Shown here: piece after piece, positions 1 to 9,946 of the stretch
Numbering within the stretch: position 1 is the stretch's first letter
Layout: each line of letters opens with the position of its first letter
Assembly (NCBI GenBank): GCA_051294905.1
Contig: CM119371.1
Location: 19,036,001-19,100,000 of the forward strand
DNA: 64,000 bases
Direction of reading: 5' to 3'
Source: Botryllus schlosseri
Lineage: Eukaryota
Position numbers and translations under genes: made by a program
Notes under the pieces: generated by a model
The model's input: the letters and a program-made list of their open reading frames with translations, nothing else
Databases searched by the model: none
What the model was told of the DNA's origin: nothing

Positions 1-1248
1 TTTCAATACACTCAGATTTTCATCAACGAGTAAACCCATCAAGTACTCTTTGAGACAGTTCAAGTCATACCGGCCGCCATTGAACGATAAAACAGGGATT
101 TGTTTTAAATATCGCATGAGCTCCTCTTGTAAACGTTCAAGTGGTATTTTTTTCTCGGAAGGATCGAGTGCTTTCATTTCGGTAATTTTAGTTTCGAGCA
201 TGCCCAAGTAGTGTTGATATTCCATCTGTAACAACCTAAATGACTCACTTTGAATATCATGAAAATGATCAACCATTTCCGCACACAAGTCGTTTGGGTC
301 GCCGTTCGAGACAATTACATACGGTTCCAAGAACCCTTCCACATTAGAAGATATACTAACGGAAATGGGGATATGTTTACACTCCCATGAAGTTTTGGAG
401 GAATCTGGAATATCACACTTCTCAAACATGCTCTCGATATCAAACGCGATACGGTATTTGAAATAACGAAGCTGGTGGGGAACGAACACCCCTTCTAGAT
501 CGAGTTTTTCAAAAATGTTCAAAGGAGGGCTATACACGCCACCCGGAAACACTTCAACAGGACCCGTTGCACATTTGTGTCTGGTCAATTCATACTGCAA
601 ATTGAAAAATCTTTGACAAACATCACATCGATAGCTCTCCATATATCGCCTCATATCAGTAATTAGGCAGAAATGGTTGCTTTCTAAATGTAAGTACACA
701 GGTTTCCCTTCAAACGTACTACGACGTAGTGCGACAGCTTTACCCTCGGTCTTGGTGTACACGAATATAGCGACATTAAACAAATCCTCGATATCATCCA
801 ACATGTCAAGAGTTACACCAGAATCTACATTGATGCCATATACCGACGTGAATTGTTGAGCCATTGCTTTTGTATCTTTTCCTAGCGAGTGGGCGATACA
901 ACGAAAAGCACACAGATTGTCGTTGTACAGGTTCTTATTTTTTCGACGCAACATTGTCATGATACATCTCGCTCTCGCAAGCCATTTCGGTAGCTTAATA
1001 CCAACACAACCAATCAACACACCATTGGTAGGATATACATATAACCGCGGGTTGATCAGACAGAACGATTGTGAATCACAGAAAACATCCAACCGCTTAC
1101 GATTGCTGACGCAAGTATTGTGCACGTGGCTACTGTTTACTACATACGATTTCACCGCTTGCCAGTTCTGGGGTGTAATTTGTTGGTGTTGGTTGTCGAT
1201 CTCTGGCGTCGCATCCCCATCCCTGTGATTCCACAGACATCGACTCAT
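1..1248 (-). CDS. Protein-primed family B DNA polymerase (pPolB), N-terminal part, runs off the left edge
   Basis: Absent from the ORF track. Hand translation from ATG 1248 puts all these motifs in one frame: DNLCAFRCIA (~895-921) and HLESNHFCLI (~661-690, vOTU-like Cys/His), a CxxC..HxC Zn motif, ExoI IAFDIES (430-450) and ExoII LSFNGGRYDL (61-90). Not every intervening codon was checked. Confidence 0.9.
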   Translation of the reverse strand, partial: MSRCLWNHRDGDATPEIDNQHQQITPQNWQAVKSYVVNSSHVHNTCVSNRKRLDVFCDSQSFCLINPRLYVYPTNGVLIGCVGIKLPKWLARARCIMTMLRRKNKNLYNDNLCAFRCIAHSLGKDTKAMAQQFTSVYGINVDSGVTLDMLDDIEDLFNVAIFVYTKTEGKAVALRRSTFEGKPVYLHLESNHFCLITDMRRYMESYRCDVCQRFFNLQYELTRHKCATGPVEVFPGGVYSPPLNIFEKLDLEGVFVPHQLRYFKYRIAFDIESMFEKCDIPDSSKTSWECKHIPISVSISSNVEGFLEPYVIVSNGDPNDLCAEMVDHFHDIQSESFRLLQMEYQHYLGMLETKITEMKALDPSEKKIPLERLQEELMRYLKQIPVLSFNGGRYDLNCLKEYLMGLLVDENLSVLK

Positions 1249-1606
1249 CTGTAAAATTGATAACGCATGGTTACATTCAACACTCGGTAATATTAAACTA
1301 GTGTTACTTACAATGTGGTTTCTTTTTCGGTGTCTTCCTTGGATCTTTATACTAAACAAGTAACATGTCAAACTATGTCGCTAACATAGTGCTATAGCAG
1401 ATAACTTACCAGTAGACTTGTGTATCCCACTTAATCATTGAGTTCGCTTTGTCTGTTCAACAACAAAATCATTACATCATGCTCACTAGTTCTGTGCAGT
1501 AATAACTCACCGTTTCAATTCTTTAATTCCACGCCTGTTTTGTCTGGGGACTGAATAAATAACAAATTATATTCATAAATCGAAGTATTCACACCGAATA
1601 ACTTAC
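1249..1606 (-). other. Four predicted short GT-AG introns separating 40-43 nt mini-exons upstream of the pPolB ATG
   Basis: Donors GTAAGT/GTGAGT at 1311, 1409, 1510, 1606. Acceptors TTACAG 1249, TTTAG 1352, AACAG 1453, TTCAG 1551. Introns are 56-63 nt. Confidence 0.6.
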
Positions 1607-1961
1607 CTATTAAACCCTTAATCCCTGCGTCGATGTAATCTCTATATGTAAACTATTTAAATCTAATGACATAACCGACTTGAGATATGAAATAATGTTA
1701 TCCACCTGGAAACAAATGATACATTAACAAACAACACAAAAATCATATTAAACAAACAAAATGTACAAATATATTCCAATAACACCACACACAATACATA
1801 CAAGTACATCTCAATAGAATTCAATGACAGGATTATTTTCTTGGGTCGCAATGAAAATGATTGAGATCATGAAAGACACATCGGCGTCGTAGTTTTTTTC
1901 ACCGTATAAATGGTGTGGTACATCTTGATCGTGCAAGTCCTGGCGGTATTTCGATATCAGC

Positions 1962-2663
1962 TCAATCAATCAACAAACCATCAGTGGGGTATACGTAAAA
2001 CTGTACATTAGCCAGACAGACCGCCCTGTATTTTGTATCTGGTCGAGAGTCTTGTAACACATCTAGTGCCGTTTCCAATCTTATAGATTCAACAAATTCA
2101 TCGAATTCAGCTAGTGATGTAATCGCTGCTGGGACTTCTAATACGCTATCGACGTTCGCCGATGCATGAAAATACCGAAATCTCCCAGCCGCGATGTTAT
2201 GTAAAATGATTCCATACGCGAAATTCACTTTGAAACGGGTCGACTCTGAGAAAAATATCGCTTGGATATCGCGGAAAACATCCGGTATCTCACGATCGAT
2301 GACTCGGATATTATACACGCGCCGACTCTGATTCACTACATATGATTTTATCGCTTGCCAGTTCTGGGATACAACTTCTTGGTATTGGTCGCCTGTCTCT
2401 GGTGGTGTGTCTTCTTCCTCGCGAACACGACTCCGTCTGCGTCGACTCACAGACTTCGGCCCTACCTGACGCGCTATATCTGCGTGGTTTGGTTGCATTT
2501 CGATCGTGAGGTCGCGTTCTGCGGATTCACCTCTTAAATCCGGTGTCATCAGATCACTAGGATTAATCGCATCAAAGATATCCGCGTTCTCTTCAAATTC
2601 CGATTCGAATGCATTTGGCTCATAACCAAATTTGTCAAGATTATCTATCTGAACCTCGGCCAT
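1962..2663 (-). CDS. Stand-alone homolog of the Polinton pPolB N-terminal (putative terminal protein) domain, 233 aa
   Basis: FKVNFAYGIILHN..RFRYFHAS..RPDTKY..NVQFYVY resembles the N-terminal region of Polinton pPolBs. It is paralogous to the start of the adjacent pPolB ORF. TATAAATA lies ~85 bp upstream on the minus strand. Confidence 0.75.
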   Translation of the reverse strand: MAEVQIDNLDKFGYEPNAFESEFEENADIFDAINPSDLMTPDLRGESAERDLTIEMQPNHADIARQVGPKSVSRRRRSRVREEEDTPPETGDQYQEVVSQNWQAIKSYVVNQSRRVYNIRVIDREIPDVFRDIQAIFFSESTRFKVNFAYGIILHNIAAGRFRYFHASANVDSVLEVPAAITSLAEFDEFVESIRLETALDVLQDSRPDTKYRAVCLANVQFYVYPTDGLLID

Positions 2664-2758
2664 TGTATAATAATTAATCTAATTGCTCCAACCAACGTTT
2701 ATGTCTGCAACAGCGAAGTATAACAACCGGATTGCGGTGTTGGCTATTTATAGATTTA

Positions 2759-2864
2759 ATTCGATAGTAGCACGCGGTTGGATGGAAAATAATTCGGCGC
2801 GCAGGTCATTCGAAATATAGACCACACGCACACTGCGTAATCCTCAGAACCGATCGCGTTTCCG
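2759..2864. repeat. Non-coding direct repeat, copy 1 (copy 2 at 4567-4661)
   Basis: Shared blocks TTCGATAGTAGC, AAATAATTC, GCGCAGGTCATTCGAAATATAG, CACTGC-TAATCCTC, CGTTTCCG. Confidence 0.8.
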
Positions 2865-3124
2865 ACTTTCAGAACCGGACGTGTTTAGTGTGTCACAGAT
2901 CAAAACGTCGCTACAGATATCTGATTTTTCAAAATCGCACAGAGCACTGCGCTTTAGTGAATTTCCTGTTTAGTGAAACGGGCGATTTTATTGCGCCACA
3001 CATGTCAAACGCACCCGCCAACATCTGTTTTCTCGAAATCTGAGCGGTGTATTTCACCATTTTAACACATTGTGGTATCATTATCATGGTTTACTTTTTC
3101 AGTTGATAGTTACATATACTCGTT

Positions 3125-3478
3125 ATGGCAACTAGTGCGATTATTGAGAATTACCTTCTCTACTATCATAACTTGACAACCCCCACACTGAGCGAAACGG
3201 AAAAATTCATCCACGGAGTACTAGATTTCTATGTACATGGACAAAACGTGAGCCGTGTTCGAAAGTGTGATTTTACCGCATTGGTTAACTCGATTCGATC
3301 ATACGGCATCGACTGGAATGGGGTTTTTAGTGTCATAAGCATTGCGGCGATGAAAAGTGACATACGTACCCTAGCGGCGTACAGAGATTTAGCAACAGAC
3401 ATCTTGAATACTCACTACAGTACATTGATAATTGACTGGGTAAGAAGAAAATTCATTCGTGTCGTTTGTCACTTGTGA
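3125..3478 (+). CDS. Polinton hypothetical protein, 117 aa
   Basis: ATG-initiated ORF with ordinary globular composition between other element genes; no family recognised. Confidence 0.55.
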   Translation: MATSAIIENYLLYYHNLTTPTLSETEKFIHGVLDFYVHGQNVSRVRKCDFTALVNSIRSYGIDWNGVFSVISIAAMKSDIRTLAAYRDLATDILNTHYSTLIIDWVRRKFIRVVCHL

Positions 3479-3610
3479 ACGGCGTCCTTTCTTACAGAAC
3501 TCCTGTAAAGTTTATTTCAATCCAAGTCTATTCGCGCGGGTCATCAGGATTATACCAAGACTGTTAACTCACTCAATACCACGTGTCTAATTCTATAAAT
3601 ATCGACGGGT

Positions 3611-4252
3611 TTGTTGATGACTCCCACTTTATCAAACGACATGACATCGAATAGCGTCAACACTATGCAAGTCGGAGCAACTTCAAATTTTCACGTCGGC
3701 GTCAAATTCGTCTCATCACCCAAAAGAGGCGGCGTTAGCCAATATCTCAAAGGTATATTCGTCGACGGCAATAACGAAGAGATATCTTTCACGTGTTTCA
3801 ATCGTGAATTGTTCGGGGTCATTGAGAAAGCATTCTCCAAACGAAAAAAACTCATGGTCAAATCCGGTTGGGTTCAAATTGATAAATTTACTGGAAAACC
3901 CGCTGTATTACTTGGTCGGGCTTCGTCAGTAACTCTACATGGAAAATCGAGACATACGACTGAAGAATACCCATTATTGACCTGTGAATCGGTATACGGA
4001 AATAAAGATGAATACGTCTCGATCGCCGCTACTTGTGTTTCTCGAGAGGAGAAGATGGTCAATTCTGACGCCGGAAAGGAGTTGAAATTATACAGTTTTA
4101 CATTGAAGGATGATACTGGCGAGGTGGTTTTGGATCAATGGAACAAAGCCTCGCTCGTACCCGGGAAGAAATATCAACTCACTCGTGTTAAAAACTGTGT
4201 CGGCAGCTTGAAAATCGATTCGTTAACTAGACTTGTTGAATTGAAAGAATAG
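3611..4252 (+). CDS. Putative tandem OB-fold ssDNA-binding protein (RPA/SSB-like)
   Basis: LYSFTLKDDTGEVVLDQW and GIFVDGNNEEISFTCF match the OB-fold L-x-D-x-T-G-x-I-x-L-x-x-W pattern. TATAAATA at ~3594. The real start is probably ATG 3617 or 3641. Confidence 0.65.
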   Translation: MLMTPTLSNDMTSNSVNTMQVGATSNFHVGVKFVSSPKRGGVSQYLKGIFVDGNNEEISFTCFNRELFGVIEKAFSKRKKLMVKSGWVQIDKFTGKPAVLLGRASSVTLHGKSRHTTEEYPLLTCESVYGNKDEYVSIAATCVSREEKMVNSDAGKELKLYSFTLKDDTGEVVLDQWNKASLVPGKKYQLTRVKNCVGSLKIDSLTRLVELKE

Positions 4253-4566
4253 TTTGCATATTTGTATACCACAATACAATATTTCATTTCGCGTAAAATG
4301 TATGACCTATGTGATTCGACAACTGGATTAGCGCGGTGTTGTTCTACTGATCGAGGTGTGAAAATTGCGCTATCGCGGTGAAGTCGCGACTGTGAACAGC
4401 AGATTATTTTGTAGGCGCGAAACAGCGAATAAGTCGAAAGTATTATTCAGCTAGCAATCAATAGTGAGGAAAGAGAACACGATCGGTCATTTGACACGAC
4501 TAAACTATGACATCGTATATCATAATTTACGATCAAACTATTTCGCGCTGACTGGTCTAGTGTAAT

Positions 4567-4661
4567 ATTCGATAGTAGCGGCTGGACGAGAAATAATTCA
4601 GTGCGCAGGTCATTCGAAATATAGGTCGCACTGCTTAATCCTCTTGCAAGCCACGTTTCCG
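4567..4661. repeat. Non-coding direct repeat, copy 2
   Basis: Homologous to 2759-2864. Confidence 0.8.
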
Positions 4662-4919
4662 TTTGCGCGGTTATTGTTGGTGACTATTCAACACCACGCG
4701 AGAGATGGTTGAAAGTGCGAATCACGAACGCATCCATAAGAACACATGGTGAATCAGTAGAGACCGTGTAATAATACACGACGATATACACATTAACAAA
4801 GGTTCATTCACATGACTATTTACTTGATACATATTCAACACGAAGTACGACATGCCAACAACGAAGCCGCTTGCGACCGCAGTCTATACTGAAAAGGGTT
4901 ACCGTTCGACCACAAGACG

Positions 4920-5175
4920 CAATAGCCGCTCGCCACCCCCGCCATAAGACGAAAACGTTAGCTCGCCACCCCCGCCATAAGAAATAAGAGCCGCTCGCCA
5001 CCCCCGGTTTTCCAGCCGCTCGCCACCCCCGCCATAAGAAATAAGAGCCGCTCACCACCCCCGCCATAAGACGCAATAGCCGCTCACCACCCCCGCCATA
5101 AGAAATAAGAGCCGCTCACCACCCCCGGTTTTCCAGCCCGTCACCACCCCGCCCATAAGAGCCCCTGCCACCCCC
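4920..5175. repeat. Polinton subterminal tandem repeats (~27-31 bp, core GCCGCTC(G/A)CCACCCCCG)
   Basis: About 9 imperfect copies immediately inside the terminus. Confidence 0.9.
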
Positions 5176-5196
5176 AGAGCGATCGACTACACTACT

Positions 5197-5312
5197 TACA
5201 TGCACCCGGTATTCCCAGCCGGTCACCCATGCAAGTACTAACTGAGCCCAACGCCGCTTAACTTCCGAGATCAGACGAGATCGGGTGTATTCAACGTGGT
5301 ATGGTCGTAGGC
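5197..5312 (-). pseudogene. RNA5S: 5S rRNA type A, 3' end cut by the Polinton
   Basis: Lacks the terminal GGC and the oligo-T terminator. Confidence 0.88.
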
Positions 5313-5745
5313 GACAGTGGATACAATCTGTGCCGTTTTACGTGACATTTTTCGTTCATCTCAGGCGAAAAGTCGCCACGCTGCCAACGATGAGACGCCT
5401 GAAAAGCAGATTGTCTGATTGCGCCAAGGCACTTTCGGCCCAATAACTGGAAAGAAAAGTCTGCTAGCGGTCGAATATCATTGGCGTCCTGCTCTGTTCT
5501 TGTATCTGGTCAACAAACACACAAGTAAGCTCTCGCTGTCAGAGTAGTTATTTTATTGCACTTTTCGTCATGTGAAAACAGCACGAGATTTCGATATAAT
5601 GACAATGTGTTAGGCCTAGTATAACTACAAATTGAAATAAGCGGCGGCCAGCAAATGATGACATTTATAGTTGTACGTAGGCCTACGTGCGCATACAAAA
5701 CAGTTGCAATCTAATTGATCGAGTTTGTGCGACAAAAATGCAAAA

Positions 5746-5866
5746 GCCGTCTACTACACACGGTATTCCCAGCCGGTCACCCATGCAAGTACTAACCGGG
5801 CCCAACGTTTCTTGACTTCCGAGATCGGACGAGATCGGGTATATTCAACGTGGTATGGTCGTAGGC
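5746..5866 (-). rRNA. RNA5S: 5S rRNA type C
   Basis: GCCTACGACC...GTAGTAGACGGC then TTTT. Confidence 0.85.
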
Positions 5867-7695
5867 AAGTGTGGTTACCAATTCTGACGTTTTATGTGAC
5901 AATTTCCGTCGACAGCCGCCAGAAAAGCAGATTGTCTGATTGCGCTGGGGCATTTTCAACCCGTCTGCCAGCGTTCGAATATCGTTGGCATCCTGCTCTG
6001 TTCTTGTATCTTGTGGACAAACACACAATTAAGCTCTCGCTGTCAGAGTAGTTATTTTATTGTACTTTCTGTCATGTCAAAACAGTACGAGAGTTTGATA
6101 TAATGAAAATGTGTTAGGCCGATTACAATTCCAAATTTCGCGCGATAGTTCATTTGAAAATAAGGAACTAGTGAACTATATGCCCGCTTCACTCGTGTGA
6201 ATGATTGACGTCATCTATCATGTTTCCCCATGATCATTTAATTCAATCTCCTTGTTTATGCTATCACTTATTCTTTTTTCTTCTTGTTCTCTCGTTTTTC
6301 CGCACGAGATAGAAAAATGCTGACTCGGCATTTTTTCTAGTTACGACGTTTCAGTTTTGTCCGTTTGCTCCCATTAAAGGGATTTTTGTCCGTTCACCCT
6401 TATTATATCACATATTTACACTCTGCCAAAAGCAGCTTTACATCTTTTGTATGATCGTGGGTGGTATAGGGCCTTCGCACAACACCACTTCTTGTACGTT
6501 TGATTGCAGCAGCACGAGCCCTTTATTCCTTATATCGGCTGCTTTCATACAAATTACCACATTCCTTGTTTTGCTTCTCTTCGTTATCGTTTTGCTCAAA
6601 TGAACGAATCTCCTGTTCATTCGTTCAATGCCTGCTGACATTATCTGTCTTGCATTGTTTTCAGTCGTCATGTGGGTACAATATCTCGTTACCTTCATAT
6701 TTACAGTATTGAGGAGGCGTCCCCTTTGTATGTCCATGGGCGGCCTCCAATCCATTTTTCGAGACTATTGCTCTGTCGCACCTTTTCATGACGTACGTGA
6801 TTTCTTCAATTCTCATTTGCATCCCCATTTTCTTTCTAATGACGCCGCAAATTCCTTCCCAGGGATGATATCCATCCACTGAGTCATTACAAAGATCATG
6901 GCGATGATGAGACTCTTGAGTTCCGTCTTAACGCTTGGACTGGTCCCTTGTTGCGGTAACTTGGCCAGCCATTGGCTAATGGGAATCTCGTGATGAACGG
7001 GGTTCTGTGTTTGGTGGAGAGAGGGCGAGGTCCTTCGATGTAGGCCTCTGATGTCGGTGCGTGCCCGCACCTACCGTCACGCCGACGGACTCCTTTTCCG
7101 CCGGGAACTCTTTTTCTGGGGAGACGTGCATCCTAAAATCCCCAGACTCCTTGTCGGACATGACCGGGTGTGTATCCGGTTGACCGGCAATCGCTGCTTC
7201 GTTTGAACCTTTTGGGAAAGTACTCATTACTGTGGCTGTCGTCATGCATCTATGGGCCGATTCATTAAGGTTATTCGGACAAGTGCATCCACGAAAGCAT
7301 TTAGGACCAGTTTTCTCGTGCAGGTCTTTATTTTCGCCAGCGGGGATTCCACGCTCGACGTCTTCATTAACGGTGTTAGCAGGCATTCCTGTCTCAACAC
7401 CAATAGTTTCCCATGGGTTCTGTGTGACGTTAGTTGCTATTTTCAACTCGTCGTTCGCACCAGTGGTGATTACCATCTCGGTACTTGCGCCAGCGGCAAC
7501 GGCCAGCGGCGACGGCTAGCGTGCCGGCTCGACGCTTATTTGATTTGCAGCTTCCATCAACCCCATCATCGGTTACAGTGTCGCGAGGACTGCTTCCGAC
7601 TTTGGTTCCGTCCCGTTGATCTCATGAGATCCCATCATGTAGAGTTACTAAAGACAACTCTTCAATCGCATTAGACGGTGTTTTCAACCCAATTA

Positions 7696-7974
7696 CTATG
7701 CTTGGTAATTGCTGTACTTGTTCAATGGAACGGACATACCATCAAAATTAATCTCTACCAAGGAATCAACTTGGGACGAGCCACCTATTCCTGTCAATTC
7801 CATGTCTATTGGTTGACGTTCCTCCCAGCTTTGTGGGTATTTAGTAATAACGACCTTTTTCATTATCAAATTGGGGATGCTTCCCGTGTCAGCTAGGAAT
7901 TTCGAACCCGTTATTGTATCAATCAAATACAACAATTGGCCTCCGAACAATTCCGTAAATCGGGCTGTAATGGG
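7696..7974 (-). pseudogene. Retropepsin-like aspartic protease remnant
   Basis: KFLADTGSIPNLI catalytic motif and LTGIGGS flap, downstream of gag in another frame, bounded by stops. Confidence 0.75.
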
Positions 7975-8078
7975 TCATCCGGCGTATCAAGAAATGTAAA
8001 TAAGGGTAAAGAAGAGTTATGTACAGTTTTTGTGTGTTTGGGGTAATAAATTATCTGGGAGCTGATTTACCGGATCAA

Positions 8079-9938
8079 TCAGCTCCCGCAAGCGATCGAG
8101 AGTCGAATACCTTGATTCAGTTCATCATCCGTCCAATATGAAGCATCATATCGACGTGGATGATCAGGGTATTGAGGTTCCGCCCAAGTCACTTGGCTAT
8201 TACCTCGGGACGAGTGTGCAGGCGGTAAAGATGGCTTTGTGTCACGCACTTCCTTTGTTTCCTGGTTCCTAGGGCGCGTCTCTTGTTCATCCAGAAACTC
8301 GGAGTTACAGACGAGTTGTAGTTCCTCCGCAACGTCCCGCCAGGTTTTCTCTTCTTCCCAGCCTCGTAACATCAGTCTGAGCGCTTCTGGAAGTCGTTGT
8401 CGTAAATTTCGGAAAAGACGCAATCCATCCGGATTATCCTCAATAAGACTATCCATGTCTATTTCTAGTTGCTTCAAAGCGCTATTCAGCATAGGTAGCG
8501 GCTCTTCCTCCCAGCGATAATTTCTGCGGAAATCCCCAATGATCTTTTCATCATTTACCAAACCCTGGGGATTGGATAAGGAAAGGGATCGCATCACCGA
8601 TTCCCATTCTGCTTCCCCCGAATTGGTATTAAAAAAATTTCCCAGTTGAGTAGCCTGCTTGTGTCTGTCAGCCGCCCGCAATTTCTTCTGCATCGCATTA
8701 GCCAATATAACATCCACATCCGTATTCCCGGAACCGTGGCGTATTCGTCGCATCGAATTTTCCATCCACTTTAGCAGTGGCATGTCCCCAGGATCCATCA
8801 TAAGCTGAAGCATTTCTTTTTCTGATTGGATTTTAACAGGCACGTTGAGCATTGGGACCGTAACACCGGGATATTGGTGCGGCTGTTGTTGGCCTGACCG
8901 TCTGCTACGATCGTTAGGAGTAGAGGTAAAACGAGGCATATTTGGATAAATCGGGTTGTTAGGTCGGCCCTCATCCGTATCTTCAACCGACGAATTTTCG
9001 GAACTTCGTAGAGACTTCCCAATCTCCTTTATTTCTCGTGCCAATAATCGCATACGAGCATCGTAATCGTCGTCTCCAGTGTCTTCCGCATCTTTTCTAG
9101 TATCACCCTGTTCTTGGAAGGTCACCCGTCGGGATTCGCCATCCGCACTTCCCGCTCGTCTTCGAGAATCCTTCTCCTCGTTACGACGTTCCTGCCATCC
9201 TCGATACCCCATATATTTATCTAAGGGATTCTTTTTTGGTTTTGACGCAACGGGGGGCTCGAGCTCGTTCCCCCCAAGTCTAATGAAGCTTGGCATTTCC
9301 ACGGGGTTTTGCTTATTCTGTTTGGCGCGTGCACCACTTCCCACGTGGAAGCATGTTGCCGTTCCCATTCGAGAGTCTGACAACGAGGTCGAGTCAGAAC
9401 GTGGTAGCTTAGGATAGACGGCCGTTACAGTATGACAATCCAGACCCTTGCGAACCGTCATCGTTGGTCCTTGTTTTACGTTACCAGACGGCTGCTCAGT
9501 GAGAGGAACGTAAGCCGGAGGGTCATATTCTGGTGCAGTTGGAGCTACTGTCAAAACGGGAGATTGGATGCTATCTCGTGTAGCCTGTGCATGCGACTTT
9601 CCGAGCTCAAATTCTGACGTAAGGATGTCATTCAGAACGTCGGTGGAGACCTTCCCGCTAACTTTTGTTGTGGCATCGCAAACAGCTTTGAGGTCCGCTT
9701 GAGCTTTTCGAACCTCTTTCTTTGCCTTTTCTAACCCTTTCATGGTCCCCGGTAGAGCTGTCTTTACTTCTTTTAATAGCTCCGTTTGTTCAGCCACATC
9801 TTTAGCAAGTTGTCTTTCTTGTCGCCGTACATCTTCATGGCGTTTTTGTGTTGCTTTAAGCAAGGTAATGCCCTGTTTAAGTTCATTTGTCGCTTCTGAC
9901 GACCTTTTCCTTTTAAATGCTTTCAATATTCTTCGCAT
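8079..9938 (-). CDS. gag: Gag-like protein, 619 aa, of LTR retroelement origin
   Basis: Lies between a PBS and a protease. Basic N-terminus, coiled coil, PTAP/PPAY/YPKL motifs and a capsid-like helical region (LKWME..EWESVM..RLPEALRLML..TWRDV). No CCHC knuckle. Confidence 0.75.
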   Translation of the reverse strand: MRRILKAFKRKRSSEATNELKQGITLLKATQKRHEDVRRQERQLAKDVAEQTELLKEVKTALPGTMKGLEKAKKEVRKAQADLKAVCDATTKVSGKVSTDVLNDILTSEFELGKSHAQATRDSIQSPVLTVAPTAPEYDPPAYVPLTEQPSGNVKQGPTMTVRKGLDCHTVTAVYPKLPRSDSTSLSDSRMGTATCFHVGSGARAKQNKQNPVEMPSFIRLGGNELEPPVASKPKKNPLDKYMGYRGWQERRNEEKDSRRRAGSADGESRRVTFQEQGDTRKDAEDTGDDDYDARMRLLAREIKEIGKSLRSSENSSVEDTDEGRPNNPIYPNMPRFTSTPNDRSRRSGQQQPHQYPGVTVPMLNVPVKIQSEKEMLQLMMDPGDMPLLKWMENSMRRIRHGSGNTDVDVILANAMQKKLRAADRHKQATQLGNFFNTNSGEAEWESVMRSLSLSNPQGLVNDEKIIGDFRRNYRWEEEPLPMLNSALKQLEIDMDSLIEDNPDGLRLFRNLRQRLPEALRLMLRGWEEEKTWRDVAEELQLVCNSEFLDEQETRPRNQETKEVRDTKPSLPPAHSSRGNSQVTWAEPQYPDHPRRYDASYWTDDELNQGIRLSIACGS

Positions 9939-9946
9939 AGTACTCT

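Larger units (their letters stand above)
1..5196 (-). mobile_element. Polinton/Maverick endogenous DNA virus-like element, one end (continues beyond the left edge)
   Basis: Ends ...GACTACACTACT at 5196 (reverse complement AGTAGTGTAGTC, Polinton-type AGT-repeat terminus), directly abutting 5S sequence. Subterminal tandem repeats and a protein-primed PolB ORF are present. Confidence 0.88.
5197..6163 (-). repeat. 5S rDNA array segment 1 (2 genes)
   Basis: One A+C dimer between two insertions. Confidence 0.95.

Noticed and set aside
677..1228. Plus-strand ORFs 677-859 and 917-1228
   Set aside because: Antisense shadows of the pPolB frame.
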